Shown here piece after piece: positions 14,243 through 28,326 of a stretch of DNA of 64,000 nt. The stretch is taken from positions 23,374,001 to 23,438,000 of the forward strand of contig OZ024758.1 in assembly GCA_964016885.1 (NCBI GenBank), read 5' to 3'. Positions within the stretch are counted from its first letter, which is position 1. Every line of letters starts with the position of its first letter. The notes beneath the pieces were generated by a model. The model did no database searches, was not told where the DNA came from, and was given only the letters and a program-made list of their open reading frames with translations. The position numbers were made by a program, and so were the translations under genes. The DNA comes from Eledone cirrhosa. Lineage: Eukaryota.

Positions 14243-17200
14243 ATATATATATATGATTATTTCGTTTCTTTTGATCTTTCTTTCAAATCTGTATAACCCT
14301 AGTTCTGCCCCTGTATCACTTATCTACTTAGAGAAAGATAGGAACACCTCGTCCTCCCCTGCTTTGCAATATTTACGCATGATGTCGCAATGACATTTTC
14401 TTAATTGCTGAAGACGTCAAAATATGTTTCTTTATATAACAACGCGTACTCGTGTTGAACTGTCCTAGAGCGCCTGTGTGGAGGGCCATGGGTACAAACC
14501 CTTTCCTCCACACCAAACCTATGAATAAATAAATGATATGTTTGTTTTTTTTTTCTTCTTCTGTTTGTGTTCGAAAGAGTACACGCCCCTGTACTAAGAT
14601 TGCACTCGCATCTACGTTTCAATCTTTAACTGGGAAGAGGGGTCAGTCAGTTCGTACTAGTCAGCCATTTCAGAATCTCTTTCTTTCTCTCTCGATTTCT
14701 TTCTCTCCACCTTACGCCAAAAAAAAGATAGTCTTGTTAATGGTTTACTATGTTCGCACACGATTTCAGATTTATTAAACATGAGAGAATTGTGTGTTTC
14801 GTGCTTTTTCCTGAAATACGTTATCGACATAAGTGAAATGTCTGTAAACTCTGTTTACCTAGAATACAGCTCTGCATCACAGGGGTCAACCACACACGCC
14901 TAAGATATACGGGGCTTTACATAAACATCAGTCTTGAGATATTCAAGCAGATAATTGTCGCCACACTAGGAATATAATTTTATGCTAAGTTTAACCCTAT
15001 AATGATATTTGGTTAGCCAAGTTGACTTCTCTTGTAATGAATATTTTCTTCATAAGACCTCTCCCCGTCCGACGGGGAGATCTCCCGACAAATTTGGGGT
15101 GGGTGAGAGATGTCTTCTCTTGTGAAAATGGGTATAGCTTTCATTATGTAAAATCTCCCCATTATGGGGTACTTTTTTTCGTGGTACTTCCCGTTTGGGT
15201 TTTTAGAGGTTGGCAGGTCTGATATTCTAACGGAAAAGTAGCTTTCCAATAGTAATTAAATAAATTTGGATTGAATGAACTGAGTTTGAGTTGAGTTTAT
15301 TTGCCATCAGTGTGACACAGACGACTCCAAATATTTATTCCGTCAGCAACGTGACACTATAACTTTCACTATCAGCGAGGTTCTCTCATGACTATCACAA
15401 AGGCTGGTCTTCTGGGAAATACTTCAGTCTTTAACAATTAACCCATTAGAAAACTCAAGCAACATCTACTTCAGACTTGATGTTACTGTTAAACTTACAG
15501 ACATCTTACACCAGTGGTTCTCAACTTGGTGGGTTTGCAAATAAAGTACTGGGAGTTTGTGAGGAGCTAAATTCAAAATTTCAAGCAATGTGTTAACAAC
15601 ATAATGTGCACACATTATTTAGATATCTATTTTTCTCAAAGTATGAGTATATCTCTCTTTCTCACTAACGATCTGAAAATGGAGTAATTATAGTAAAGGA
15701 CCATGGGAGAGTTCATTTAAATACAACCCTTGCTAACATGGAGAAATGGATGTTAGATGACGATGGCAAGAATGAAAATGTGGTCTTTGGTTGGGAAGCA
15801 CTGTGCTAGACTATATCCAGAAGAAGCTCCCTGACTGATTAGCACACTCCATCTTGCTGTCTCTCCACTTTACCTTTTTGTGTGCTACTACAGTAGCCTT
15901 GCTACTCTGAGTACAACTGTAATAACAACCTGTTACATAGTTATGTCGTGGCGACCAAACAGGCATCCCAGCCAGGCTGGCCCGATGAGGAGAGTTGCTA
16001 GAAACCTTGCAGAACATAAAAAAGAAAGGCAGACAGATGAACCCAGCACCTGATCAGTGATTGTCTTAGAAAAATGCTCAGGGACAGAAATATTCAAGAT
16101 GGTGAACAAACATGCTACCTGACCAGTTGAGGAGTGATGAACTCGAGTTCTTGTAATTCAGTATACATTTGCTCTGGAATTTGGTGGCTGCTAGTGGCCT
16201 TAGTTTCTGCATCTAGATATTATAAATATGCCTCGAAATGATTCAGCTTCAGAGGAGACTGGCTAAACCTTATTAACACATACAAACATCTTAAACTGCA
16301 TTTTAAAAAAACAGACCATTCAGTAAAAATATAGTCACTAACATACTACATGGTCACAGATATAGTGTTTCTTCTCTATGTGTCCCTTTAATAATAGCTT
16401 GTATCAAATGCTGCATACTAACTCTTAAGACCAAATTCACCATATTCCATTGGCAATGGAAAGACCAATGGAAACATTGTTCCACCTCCTCTCAGTAAGT
16501 GAATGAGGTCTGGGATCTTGTCGATTGAACTTTATGCTCTATATATCTATGTGAGTGTTTTAAGACTCCCCTCCTCAACACATCCAAAACCCCAATCTAA
16601 TCACTGCCACCCAGAACTGCAGTCCTCACTCACCCCGATCCACTTTTTTTATACAAGTTACATTGGTCTAATCAACCTGAAATATCCAGCAAAAGTCATG
16701 GTCCTTTTTTTTCCCTTTCCAAATATATATATAAGTCTGTCTGTATGCAGGTGATGCATTTCCACAGTCTCCATCCAATTTTGTTCAAATTTGATACATA
16801 GGTTATTTAGCTCCCAGATAATGTCAACAAATAGTTTAAATATTGCCCTCCCCTATAGCAGAATTCTGGGGCTATTTAAAGTCGGCCAGATGTGCCTGGC
16901 AATGACAGGCTCTTTTGCTAGTAAATAATGATTTCTAGTATAGGAACAAGGCCAGTAATTTGGGAGTAGGAGAAAGTCAATTAAATTGGGATAATTAATT
17001 AAGGATAAAAGGCAAAGTTAACCTCAGCGGGATTTGAACTCAGACTGTAAAGGACTGTAACTCTATGCTGCAAAGCATGGTGTCCAACTCTACCGATACT
17101 GCCCTTTTGCTAGTAAATAATAAAAAACGTATGAGAAAAGTTTAATGAAAAAAAACATCTTTTTCATGTGTGAACAAGAATTACACTGCATTGTTTGTTA

Positions 17201-17689
17201 AACAAAATACTGAAAGATCAGTGGCCCTCAGTTGCAACCCCTTTCTACAAGTAATTGAAATAAACATAAAACAATTTACTGGTTTGTTATTATTTGAAGT
17301 ACACTGTAAAAAATATAATGAGTTATTTCCATACATATTGTTTGATGCATTCATTAGATCTAAGATATAATGAAATCTTTGTATAACAACCCATGATATT
17401 ACATTGTTTGTGTGAGCTATTTTTCTTCTTTGTCTATCAAAACTTTTGTCTCTTTAACTAGAAACAAAGTCAGGATTTTTTTTTTTTTTTTTTTCTGTGG
17501 GATAAGTTAAAAGGATGTTTGGCTGAAATGATTTTCACTATCATCCAGATATTATATCTGGAGGAAGCTTTAATTCAAAATTTTGAAGGGCTCTTGTCAA
17601 TGTCCAGCTTGATGGGTTTTTTTTAAGGGTTAAGAATTTTGGCTGCTATTTCTAGTAGGTTAAGAGACTGTAGAGGTACCCCTCATTAG

Positions 17690-19330
17690 ATTATGTTTAT
17701 TACTGAATATTTTTGTGGTGGCTCAAATCAGACTGTGACTGTTGCTGTTTCTGTACATGCAGCTCAGCACAGTTTTGTAGGTCCTAGTAATGCTTTTGAT
17801 GTTGCAGCTATTTCTGTGTGTAATATTTTTATTGTTTGTCTGGGAAGAGTGAGAGATAGGTTTTGTAGGTTGGTGTTGTAGTGTTTTTAAGGTTGGTGGT
17901 GAGAGATATGTTTTGTAGGTTGGTGTTGTAGTGTTTTTAAGGTTGGTGGTGAGAGATATGTTTTGTAGGTTGGTGTTGTAGTGTTTTTAAGGTTGGTGGT
18001 GAGAGATATGTTTTGTAAGTTGGTGTTGTGTTCTGGGATGTATATATATGTTTGGATGTGACAGTTGGAGTTTACTGTCTGCCTTGCATATACAGATAGT
18101 CTTTAAATTTTAGGGGTTCCCAACCTTTTTTGTGTCATCACCCACTTTCACATGGAAAAATTTTCCACCGCCCACCTATATAGTAAATATTGGAAAGCAT
18201 ACCAAAAATGTCTGGTAAAAGTTTATTCCCATTTAGTTTTGGGGGTTTTTTTTTTTATTACAGGTTCTCTGCATATCTCCTTTGAATATATTTGGGGAGG
18301 GGTGTAGCACATGTTGAAATATCTTCTTAATACTCAGAACCCTATATTGTCTGCCAAAATTTCCAATCACCCACCATTCTCTGTTCCATTTCTCATCGTC
18401 CACTCAATAGTTGAAATCGCCCACCAGTGGGCGATTTCACCCAGGTCTGGATGGTCTGTGGGTGCCACTTGAGACAATGTGTAATGTTTTGTTTTCTTTG
18501 TAATCTGTTGTGAAAAGACCAGTGGGAGAATCAGGCTAGCTAGCTGACATAATGATGGATCTAATGTATTGTTTGTACATCAGTGTTGTTTCCCTCTCTT
18601 GATCATTCTAAGTATGTCTGTGCATCATTTTAACTTTTCTATGGCTTCTAGCTGTGTTGTGAATACTCTGTGTAATTACAAGTATTTTTATCTTCATTGT
18701 GTTTGTGATATGTTATATGTTGTTGAGTGTGAAGGCTGACTATATATGATGCTGTCTGCTTTTGTTGGTAAGGAGGAGGAAAGTAGGTTTTGTAGGTTCT
18801 ACTTTAAGCCTTTGCCATTTACACTACTCTCTATATACTATTGTATTTTCATGGTAAAGGCTTTACTTCACATAATATCAAATCTATGAGATTTTGATAT
18901 TATTTATGTTGAGAACAATACTTTCTGTTCAAACTGGTCATAACTGGCCACTCAAATCGACGTTGAGGTACTGTTCTCAAAATAAATAATATCAAAATCG
19001 TATAGATTCGATATTATGTGAGGTAAAGTCTTTACCGTGAAAATACAATAGTAATTATAGAGTAATGTAAATGCTAAAGGGTTAATGTTCGTATGAGTGG
19101 CTGGTTACAACCAGTTTAAACAGAAAGAGGTGAGAGAATTCTAGCTGGATATGGCTGGTCTAAATACTAAAGGGTTAAGTCTGTTGTTCTGGAGGCAGGT
19201 TTCTATGTGATTTGTGTACAGTTAAAGTAGTTTTGGAGGATAGTGGGAGAATGACAAGTGTAATGCCATTACATATATGTGTATGTGTAGCATCAGTATA
19301 ACTTAACTTCCTCAGGCTAACTATTAAAAA
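17690..19330 (-). mobile_element. Highly degraded LINE reverse-transcriptase remnant, interrupted by MITEs
   Basis: C/A-rich minus strand with MYKQYIRSII near 18560-18585, like the LYKxYIRPILEY motif; many stops. Confidence 0.4.
17850..18030. repeat. 50-bp tandem repeat, ~3.5 copies
   Basis: GAGAGATA recurs at 17851, 17901, 17951, 18001. Confidence 0.9.
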
Positions 19331-19568
19331 ATTACTGCCTGTGCTGTGTCTTTCCTAAGACTCCTGGTTGATAAATAGTTACATAGTTTCATGTCTATGT
19401 TTCACTACAGATAAGTTGTGTCCCTAAGCTAGACACTGCTCTCTATTTATCTAATGTTTCATGCTTGAATAAAAAAAAAAATCATTATCTGGTGAGAGTT
19501 ACAGCTTGTCTTTAGATGGTGACCATTCTTATTTATTTGTCTCATCAAATTTTCTTTTCTCTTTGTAG

Positions 19569-19645
19569 ATGCTTGATGAAAACATACATTTAATACAGGC
19601 TATTGTGGATTACCAAAACAAGGGTCGAGCTTCAGAATGTGCACA
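19569..19645 (+). CDS. SS18: SS18-like coding exon 2
   Basis: Polypyrimidine tract + TAG acceptor; MLDENIHLIQAIVDYQNKGRASECA(Q) is the SSXT domain core; donor CA|GTAAGC; 77 nt, phase 0 to 2. Confidence 0.95.
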
Positions 19646-20037
19646 GTAAGCATTTTGTTTTACTCCTGCCATTTTTTGCACTGTTTCTATTTTCATTCTA
19701 TATGTCCCTCACTGTAAATGTGGTTGGTGTTAGGAAGGGCATCCAGCTGTAAAAAGACCCCAGCCAAATTTACAGTCCTGTCAGACCAAGGTACGGTGTG
19801 GCCAATCCTGGCCAGACTTGTTTCTACGCAGTCGACCCGTCTGACCTGTGCAAGCAAGGGAAAATGGACATAAAACAATGATGATGTTGAAAATTAAATA
19901 TATCACCAATCATTAGTTCTTGTTGTTTTATATCAACTCACATTTCAAAATGATAGCCATAGCAACTCCTATTGTGTAAAGGGCTTATAGAAAGTACCAA
20001 CTCACAGAATTCTTGAAAGGCAATTTAGATATATACT

Positions 20038-20380
20038 GGAGGCACATGGCTTAGTGGTTAGAGCATTGGCCTTCAATCGAAAGGTTGTGAGTTCAATTCT
20101 CAGACCGGGTGATGTGTTGTTTCCTTGAGCAAGACACTTTATTTCACATTGCTCCAGTTTACTCAGCTGTAGAAATGAGATGATAGGGACTAGGGTCCTT
20201 ATCATTCCACTGCAAAGTGGTCGTGGAGATGTCACGGCAAAAAAGCACCCAGCACTCACTGTAAATGAGGTTGGTGTTAGGAAGGGACATCAAGCTGTAG
20301 AAATCAAGCCAGAATCAGTTCCCGTCCCACCCTTGCAAGCAGGGAAAAGTGGACGTAAAATGAAATGATGATGTGATGAT
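20038..20380 (+). mobile_element. SINE family A (tRNA-like head, CORE-like centre, 49-bp unit, RTE-derived tail, (ATG)n end), representative copy
   Basis: A-box TGGCTTAGTGG, B-box GAGTTCAATTC, CCTTGAGCAAGACACTT centre. Near-identical copies: + at 11645, 21495, 23733, 40519, 51518; - at 29078-30478, 32810-33158, 41254-41651, 42000-42280, 51183-51501, 59538-59870. Confidence 0.92.
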
Positions 20381-20835
20381 GACTTTTCTCCCTATCCCCA
20401 TCATGAAGGCGCATGGCTTAGTTGTTAGAGCATTGGGCTTGCAATTGAGAGGTTGTGAGTTCAATTCTTGGACTGGGTGATGCGTTGTGTCCTTGAGCAA
20501 GACACTTTATTTCACGTTGCTCCAGTAGTTTACTCAGCTGTTGAAATGAGTTGCGACATCACTGGTGCCAAGCTGTATCGGCCATTGCCTTTCCCTTAGA
20601 CAGCATCAGTGGGGAGACTGGTATGCACGGGCAACTACCGGTCTTCCACAAAACAAACCTTGCCCAGGCTTGTGCCTTAGAGGGGAAACTTTCTAGGTGC
20701 AAAATTATGGTCATTCGTGACTGAGTGGGGCCTTCGATGCTCATCATAGTTGTTCCTGTTTTTCTGTGCTGCAGCATCTTAAGTCTGTTACCTTTGGTCT
20801 ACTCTACCATGAAAACACTCCATTTCCAGCACAAC

Positions 20836-20945
20836 ACTGCTTCTTGGCCTTTTGACTAAATTCAGAGTGAATATTTGTTCTTATCAGCTTAATATCTGAT
20901 ATGTTCCCTATTTGGGACCATCAATATTAAACTGATTTTTAGAAC
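20836..20945 (+). pseudogene. U2 snRNA pseudogene (5' part) in SS18 intron 2
   Basis: ACTGCTTCTTGGCCTTTTGACTAA...TTTGTTCTTATCAGCTTAATATCTGATATG...ATATTAAACTGATTTTTAG aligns to the U2 5' half including the Sm site; the branch-pairing GTAGTA is mutated; a SINE follows at ~20960. Confidence 0.85.
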
Positions 20946-23563
20946 TATACATAGTGAATGGAGACTTGTGGTCTAGTGGTAAGGGTGTTGGACTTATGAT
21001 CATAATGGTGTGGGTTCGATTCTTGGACTGGGTAGTGTGTTTTGTTCTTGAGCAAACCACTTCATTTCACGTTGCTCCAGTATACTCAACTGAAAATGAG
21101 TATCAGCAGTAGCTGAGGGTTTAACCCTGCGATGGACTGGTCCAAGGGAAGTCTTGTACTCTCAGTCCCTTCATGCTACAGAAAACGGAATAAGCACCAA
21201 ACTAATGAGCCTCCGAGTTCTAGACAGACTTTAGACTTTTAGACATATGCGATATCGGTGACATTTGAATTACAGGTACAAACCATCTGACACAATTCTT
21301 CCACGGTTTGTCTTTAGTTTCAATCACAAAACTTGGAACTCCGAGCTCAAAACAGACTTTAAACTTTTAAAACTTTAAAACAGAGTTAGTCTTGCTACTG
21401 GTTGTTTTTGTATTGTAGTGCATCCAGACATCAACTGGATGCACCACAATTAAACAAGCTTATAAGTGAGTTTTCAAATTACACACTGCTGTCTGGAGGC
21501 ACATGGCTTAGTGGTCAGAGCATTGGCCTTGCAATCGAAAGGTTGTGAGTTCAATTCTCAGACCGGGTGATGTGTTGTGTCCTTGAGCAAGATACTTTGC
21601 TCCAGTTTACTCAGCTGTAGAAATGAGATGATAGGGACTGGGGTCCCTATCATTCCACTGCAAAGTGGACGTGTAGGTGCCACGGAAAAAAAGCACCCAG
21701 CGCTCACTGTAAATGAGGTTGGTGTTATGAAGGGCATCCAGCTGTAGAAATCTAGCCAGAATCAGTTCCCATCCCACCCTTGCAAGCAGGGAAATGCGGA
21801 CGTAAAAATGATGATGATGTCTTGAGAAAAAGATACGTTGGACAATGTAGTCAAAGGTAGACTGTCCCAGAATCAAAAGACTGGAAGGCCACGATTTATT
21901 GATGTGTTTTATATTACAATATGGGAACAATAGTATTGTTGTTACAGGTTTTCAATGACCCAATCACTGGTTCACTGTCTTAGTAACAAGCGTGTGACAA
22001 CCAGTTTTTCAGTTTCTCATTATTGTTTATATTCTTTGCTGATATATATATCTCAATGAAAAATATATATACACATACACACACACACATCATCATCATC
22101 GTTTAATACCCATTTTCCACACCAGCATGGATTAGATAGGTTGTCCCATTAGACAATTAGAGGCAAGTTGGGTCAGCTGATCGTGTCTTGCTCATAGAGG
22201 AACATATGCAACAGATTTCTGTACTGGTTCCATCCAGCTGATTCTACTCCCATACACGATATTGGTCAACCAAGTTTATGTTTATAAGATACTTACGGAA
22301 GGTAGAGACAGCCTAGTGAGATCAAACCTTTAGCTATATGTCTAACCCATGCTAGCTTGGAAGATGGAGGTTAAATGATGATGATGATGGTTATGAAACA
22401 AACTTCTTAACCATATAGCCATGCCTGTACCCATCAATTTTAATGTCTTTGATCATAGATTTACTCAATCAGGGCCGACTTGAGGCTAACGAATGACAAC
22501 ACAACACATTTTTTACTCGGCGCACATCATGCTTTCACATCATTTATTCGTCGGTATAAGAATCTCTCCTGCCTTATTTTGTATGAAGACTTTAATGCCG
22601 AGACACTTCACTAGTTACTTTAACTAAATTGGCCATCTACAACTTGAATCTTGCTTTTTGATTTTAAGAAAGAACTTTCATATCCGTATGTGAGTGTGTG
22701 TTAGCATTTGTATATTTCAAATTTCATAACTTCCCACCATTTGGAATACAATTTACATTACAATTATTAAATTCTGGTTTTAGTTTTAGAAATGTAATGT
22801 TGATTTCTACTTGAATATTCATGATTTTATAGTTAGTTACATTGACAAAAATGTTCCTTTCTTATATTATGTCCTTTAGCTAGATATTTACTTGGCTAAA
22901 CTGTAAAGTTGATTTAACAGGTTACCAACCTGGTCAAAACCAGATCTGGTTTTATGAAATAAAGTCACCCATTTTAAAGGTTTCCAATTTAAATTAAAAT
23001 CTTCCAACATAATTTTATATAAGAGCCTTACATTAAGTTACTTATCTTAGTAATGAAATCATTAATAAATTTAGTAAATCCTTCGAAATTCTTCTTTATT
23101 TAATTGCGATAGAGTGCATTTCATTAGAATTGTGGTCATAAAAGGATTAATACACAGATGATTTAAGATGTTTGGTAATATAATTTACATAAATCACATA
23201 TTAATCCTTTAGCATTTAAACCAGCCATATCAAGCCAGAATTCTCTCACTTCTTTCTGTAACTGGCTGCTCCTATTGAAGTTAAGGTATTGTTATCAAAA
23301 TCTCATAGATTCAAGATTATGTGAGGTAAAGCCTTTACCATGGAAATACACTAGTAAATATAGAGTAATGTAAATGGTAAAGAGTTAAATTAAAGAATAA
23401 ACAAAAAAGACATTAATTTTTAGTAGTGAAACTTTTGACATGATTCTAATGACAAATCTATATTGTGGTCAAGCTGTTTGTGTGATTCCTTGATTAACTA
23501 AAACTTGAGTAATATTTGATGTATTCAGATTTTTTATTTTACTGACGTTATGTTATGTTTTAG

Positions 23564-23645
23564 ATACCAAGTGATGCTGCACCGGAATCTTGTCTATTTG
23601 GCAACTGTTGCTGATTCTAATGTAAATGTCCAAGCAGTACTACCA
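23564..23645 (+). CDS. SS18: SS18-like coding exon 3
   Basis: Branch point TACTGAC at ~23540, TTTTAG acceptor; YQVMLHRNLVYLATVADSNVNVQAVLP (LHRNLVYLA signature); donor CCA|GTAAGT; phase 2 to 0. Confidence 0.95.
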
Positions 23646-25219
23646 GTAAGTCTATGTGTCTTATAAATGCTATTCATAACTACATAACTTCATAACTTCT
23701 GTTCATAACTACACACATATATATGTATATATAGGAAGCACATGGCTTAGTGGTTACAGCATTGGCCTTCAATCGAAAGGTTGTGAGTTCAATTCTCAGA
23801 CCGGGTGATGTGTTGTTTCCTTGAGTAAAACACTTTATTTCGCATTGCTCCAGTTTACTCAGCTGTAGAAATGAGATGATAGGGACTGGGGTCCCTATCA
23901 TTCCACTGCAAAGTGGTCGTGGAGGTGCCACGGCAAAAAAAGCACCCAGCACTCACTGTAAATGAGGTTGGTGTTAGGAAGGGCATCCAGCTGTAGAAAT
24001 CAAGCCAGAATCAGTTCTCATTCCACCCTTGCAAGCAGGGAAAAGCGGACGTAAAATGATGCTGATCTTGATGATGATATATATATTGTCATCATTGTAA
24101 CCCTTTAGCATTTAAACTGGCCATATCTGGCCAGAATTCTCTCACCTCTTTCTGTTCAAACCAGCCATAACTGGCTACTCCTATTTCAGTTAAGGTATTG
24201 TTCTCAAAATGAATAATATCAAAATCTTGTAGATTCAATATTATGTGAGATAAAGTGTTTACCGTGAAAATACAATAGTAAATATAGAGTAATGTAAATA
24301 CTAAAGGGTTAAAGAATACTGAATGGTTTGTGAGAACAGTGCAAGCCATATACAGAGATGCTGTCAGTCGTATGAGTTTAATGAAGAATTTAGTGTACAG
24401 AGTATTTATATCGTAAATATAGAGTAATGTAAATGCTAAAGGGTTAAAGAATACTGAATGGTTTGTGAGAACAGTGCAAGCCATATACAGAGACGCTGTC
24501 AGTCGTATGAGTTTAGTGTACACAGTATTTATATCGTAAATATAGAGTAATGTAAATGCTAAAGGGCTAATCTATCTTTTGTAGATATTTTAGTAATACC
24601 AAATCCATTAATTTTTGTTGTTCAGAATTAGTCATGGAAACATTCCAGGTTGGGTTTATTAGCTAATTTTTGACAAGCCTACATCTATGAGAGTTTTTAT
24701 CCCCTTGTCATAGAAAATATATGGAGTCCAGTAGCAGAGCATTCAGTCAGTTGCTAGGAGATTGATTTAGACTTTTAGACTAAACATATCCAGCCCACAC
24801 TGTAAAGTGGTTGTGTAGGTGGCACGACAAAACTGTAAGGTGGTCGTGTAGGAGCCACAGCAAAAAGCACTTAGCACACACTGTAAATGTGGTTGGCATT
24901 AGGAAGGGCATCCAGCTGTAGAAACGTAGCCAGAAACAGTTTTTATAGGAGTAAGACACAGTCAGATGACCCAACTTACCTCAAATGGGATGACTTGTCT
25001 AACTCATGCTAGTGTGGAAAATGGATGTTAAACGATGATGATGATGATGATGATGAACAATTCTACATTGCCTTAGATTGTGGAGCAGGAGTATCAGCTA
25101 TCAGACTGACAGACAATAACACAATATCCTTAACTCTTTTACACTTTCTACAAACATTTTGTTCTTTAATAAATGCATTGAATTTGTTTAATTATGATTA
25201 AACTTTATATAATATTTAG

Positions 25220-25361
25220 GCTCCTGGCCAGGTAAATCCCAATCAAGGTATGCCTGGAGGGCAAAACCCTGGTGGACCTCCTCCTAATAATTCAGCGCCC
25301 ATGAATCAGATGCCAAGGCCAGGAAATATGCCTCCAAACCAAATGAATGCTCCACCACCAG
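25220..25361 (+). CDS. SS18: SS18-like coding exon 4 (P/G/Q/M/N-rich)
   Basis: TTTAG acceptor; APGQVNPNQGMPGGQNPGGPPPNNSAPMNQMPRPGNMPPNQMNAPPP; donor CAG|GTCTGT; phase 0 to 1. An alternative same-phase donor exists after 25247. Confidence 0.82.
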
Positions 25362-26839
25362 GTCTGTTTCGTTTTTGTTTGTTTTATGTTGATGAGTGAT
25401 CGTGAGGTCATGGTGCTTCACTAAAGACTGGGTTTAACCTTTTAGCATTTAAACCGACCATATCCGGCCAGAATTCTCTCATTTCTTTCTGTTCAAACTG
25501 GCTGTAACCGACCACTCATACCGACATTATGGTATTCTCAAAATGAATAATATCAAAATCTAGTAGCTTTGATATTATGTGCGGTAAAGCCTTAACTGTG
25601 AAAATATGATAATAAATATAGAGTAATGTAAAAGCTAAAGGGTTAATATACATCTAGTTTGTTTTATTCGAATGCAAAACTCAGTTTGTCTCAACCTACT
25701 TGGCTAAACAAAAGTGCAACTGTAATTTCACAGTGGAGGTTGGAATGTCCAACAGCTCTTTTGCTAACAACAAACTTTGTGAAATTCAATTTGACACCAG
25801 TAAAGAATAATTATTATAAAACTATTGAGAATTGTAATTTTATACCTATTATTTTAATCACATTAAATTTAGCTAGTTTTAAAGTTGGCAGTTTTGCACA
25901 CGTTACAGAACCTGAAGAAAATTTAAAATGCCGTTGTTATCTATTATTAGTACAACAGGTCTGGCCAGCTGTTACCATCATTTTTATTTCACATGATTAT
26001 TTCACATTTTTATTTCACATTTCTGTTGACTATAGAATTTAAGGTGACAGAAACTGTTGAATGTCAGACAAAACTCCTTTGACATTTACTTTTGTCCCTT
26101 TATGTTCTGAGTTCAAATCCCATTAAAATTTACTTTATCTTTCATCCTTCCAGAGTCAGTAAAAAGTATCAGTCAATTACTGGGTGTAGTCGTCTATACC
26201 TTCTTCAAAATGGTGTTAAGAATCTTTTATGACCCTTTTGGACTGGTTATATTTTCTGCGATCTGGGGGTACTAACAATTTTATTTCAAGCGAGACTACA
26301 ACCAGATTCCTGACAACGAGGCGCGTTGCTTATTTATAGTCCGCTGAATCCATTTCTTTAATCCCAAAGGGGTGTTTGCCACAACAGAATCTATATTAGA
26401 ATTAAAAGTTGTTTCCTCTTTTGAAATAGGGAGTCCTTTTTTATAAAATGTTTACTTATGGTAGTAATGTTTTCTGTAAGTTCAGAATGTTTAATGTATT
26501 ATGTATGCTCGGAGTAGCTTTTACTGTCAAAAAGGGTCAGCATCATCCATGATACTGTATTTGTGTGCCAGCAACAGTGAAGCTGTCTGTTGTAAATTAT
26601 TAAAGTAAATTTAAGGTCGCAGCAATAGATATGTATACACTCTTTAAAGTAGTTGGAATTAGGAAGGGCATCCAGATGTAAAATCCACATCAAAACTGTA
26701 ATGTAAGCAAGGCCCCTAGTCTGTCTGGCAGAAATGTAGCTCCAATTAAATATAGAAAAATGAATATAAAATGGTAATGATTAAGCTGATTTACTAAAAC
26801 ATATTCAAGCTTTAGAAGTAAGCAATTCAACAATAGATA

Positions 26840-27234
26840 TGTAGCGAAATCTGTCCACGCCTTGAACCCTGGGTGACACCTAAAAGTCAAATTTTAGGTC
26901 ACCATCCTCTTTGGTGTGGACAGGTTCATGCGTGGGCTATCCCCTCGAGGTGAGAGACAGAAAGCGACAGGTATATAAAGCTGTATATGCCCACCTTTTA
27001 CACAGAGAGATTGGAGCACCACGATATAGACAAGCTATGTGAAAGATTCACCGCTACCTTCAGGCCACAGAGGTCTACAGACCATTACTCTCTCTCTCTC
27101 TCTCCCTCCCCCCCTCTGGTCTCCGACTACGCCAGCCTCATGAACCAACAATAAAATAACATTGTCAACCTTCGCAACTCGTGGTAACTTGTTTATTGTT
27201 CTTTTTGACTGAAGTGAAGTAAACCTACTTTATA
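26840..27234 (+). mobile_element. Probable solo LTR in SS18 intron 4
   Basis: Starts TGTAGCG; TATATAAA at 26972; AATAAA at 27150; GC content above flanks; the 3' CA end is not intact. Confidence 0.45.
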
Positions 27235-27946
27235 TATAAAGTAAATCAGCTATTCTTGTTAATCCATCTAACAACCACTACTAATACCCTTCGTTAAAGA
27301 TATGCCAAATTAATCCCAGTCATGGTAATATTGATGAATCATCATCATCACCATTATTTAACACCCATTTTCCACGCTAGCATGGGTAGGGCAGGCTGTT
27401 CCTTTGTGAGACATCACGTCGGAGGACCGATAGAAATCATAAAATGTTTATTCTGCCCTGGTTATATTTTGTATTTTCTAATTGTGTCCAATTATCGATA
27501 ATCCAATGTCTATTAAATAAACATTGTTGCCTCAAAAATTGAGACAAAGTGTGAGAGTAATTGAAATTTATTAATGACATTGTTGGCTGTTGGGACACTG
27601 CATCCTTCAAAACTGCCTTCATGAAATTCGCCAACACTACGCCTGATATTCCCCCTCCATACACATGCATGTGTGTATATCATGACTCATACACTGTTCA
27701 CTTTCCTGACATTTGTACATTATTCTATGTACTTCACATTCACCTTTGATGAGTTGTAGTGCACCTGAGCACTGTACACAATAATTTTCACTATTATTAT
27801 TATTAATATTCAACTGTTTTAACAGTTATTCCTTGTGTTCTTATTTTCAAATTATTTCTATGAATTTCTAATGCCCGTTGTTTTTCTATCCCAACAAATT
27901 AATTTACTATAAAACTATAAATATTCTCTTAACTCTCCAATAGCAG

Positions 27947-28087
27947 GTAGTTCTGGTATGCCAATGACATCTGCTGGTGGTCAGCCTGGTTATAATGGAC
28001 CTCAACAATCTATGCCAGGCTATTCTCGTCCACAGATGAATCAACAACAACAGCAAGCTATGATGACTCAAGGGAAATCTCGTGCTG
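27947..28087 (+). CDS. SS18: SS18-like coding exon 5
   Basis: TAGCAG tandem acceptor (start 27944 or 27947); GSSGMPMTSAGGQPGYNGPQQSMPGYSRPQMNQQQQQAMMTQGKSRA; donor CTG|GTAATT; phase 1 to 1. Confidence 0.85.
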
Positions 28088-28118
28088 GTAATTCTGAATT
28101 TGTTGTTTTTGATTTTAA

Positions 28119-28326
28119 CCCTTTAGCATTTAAACTGGCCATATCTGGCCAGAATTCTCTCACCTCTTTCTGTTTGGACCGGTTGTAACTAGCCACTCAT
28201 ACTGATGTTAAGGTATTGTTCTCAAAATAAATAATATCAAAATCTCATAGATTCGATATTATGTAAGATAAAGCCTTTCCTGTGAAAATACAATAGAAAA
28301 TATAGAATAATGTAAATGCTAAAGGG
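28119..28326. mobile_element. piggyBac-type MITE (~210 bp), representative copy
   Basis: TTAA|CCCTTTAGCATTTA ... TAAATGCTAAAGGG|TTAA. Copies at ~18805-19178, 23203-23388, 24097-24312, 25438-25642, 31878-32268, 37573-37808, 38713-38913, 43580-43940, 44676-44893, 47803-47971. Confidence 0.88.

Noticed and set aside
20038-20110. tRNA genes at SINE heads
   Set aside because: A and B boxes are present but there is no complete cloverleaf, and each continues into SINE body and tail.
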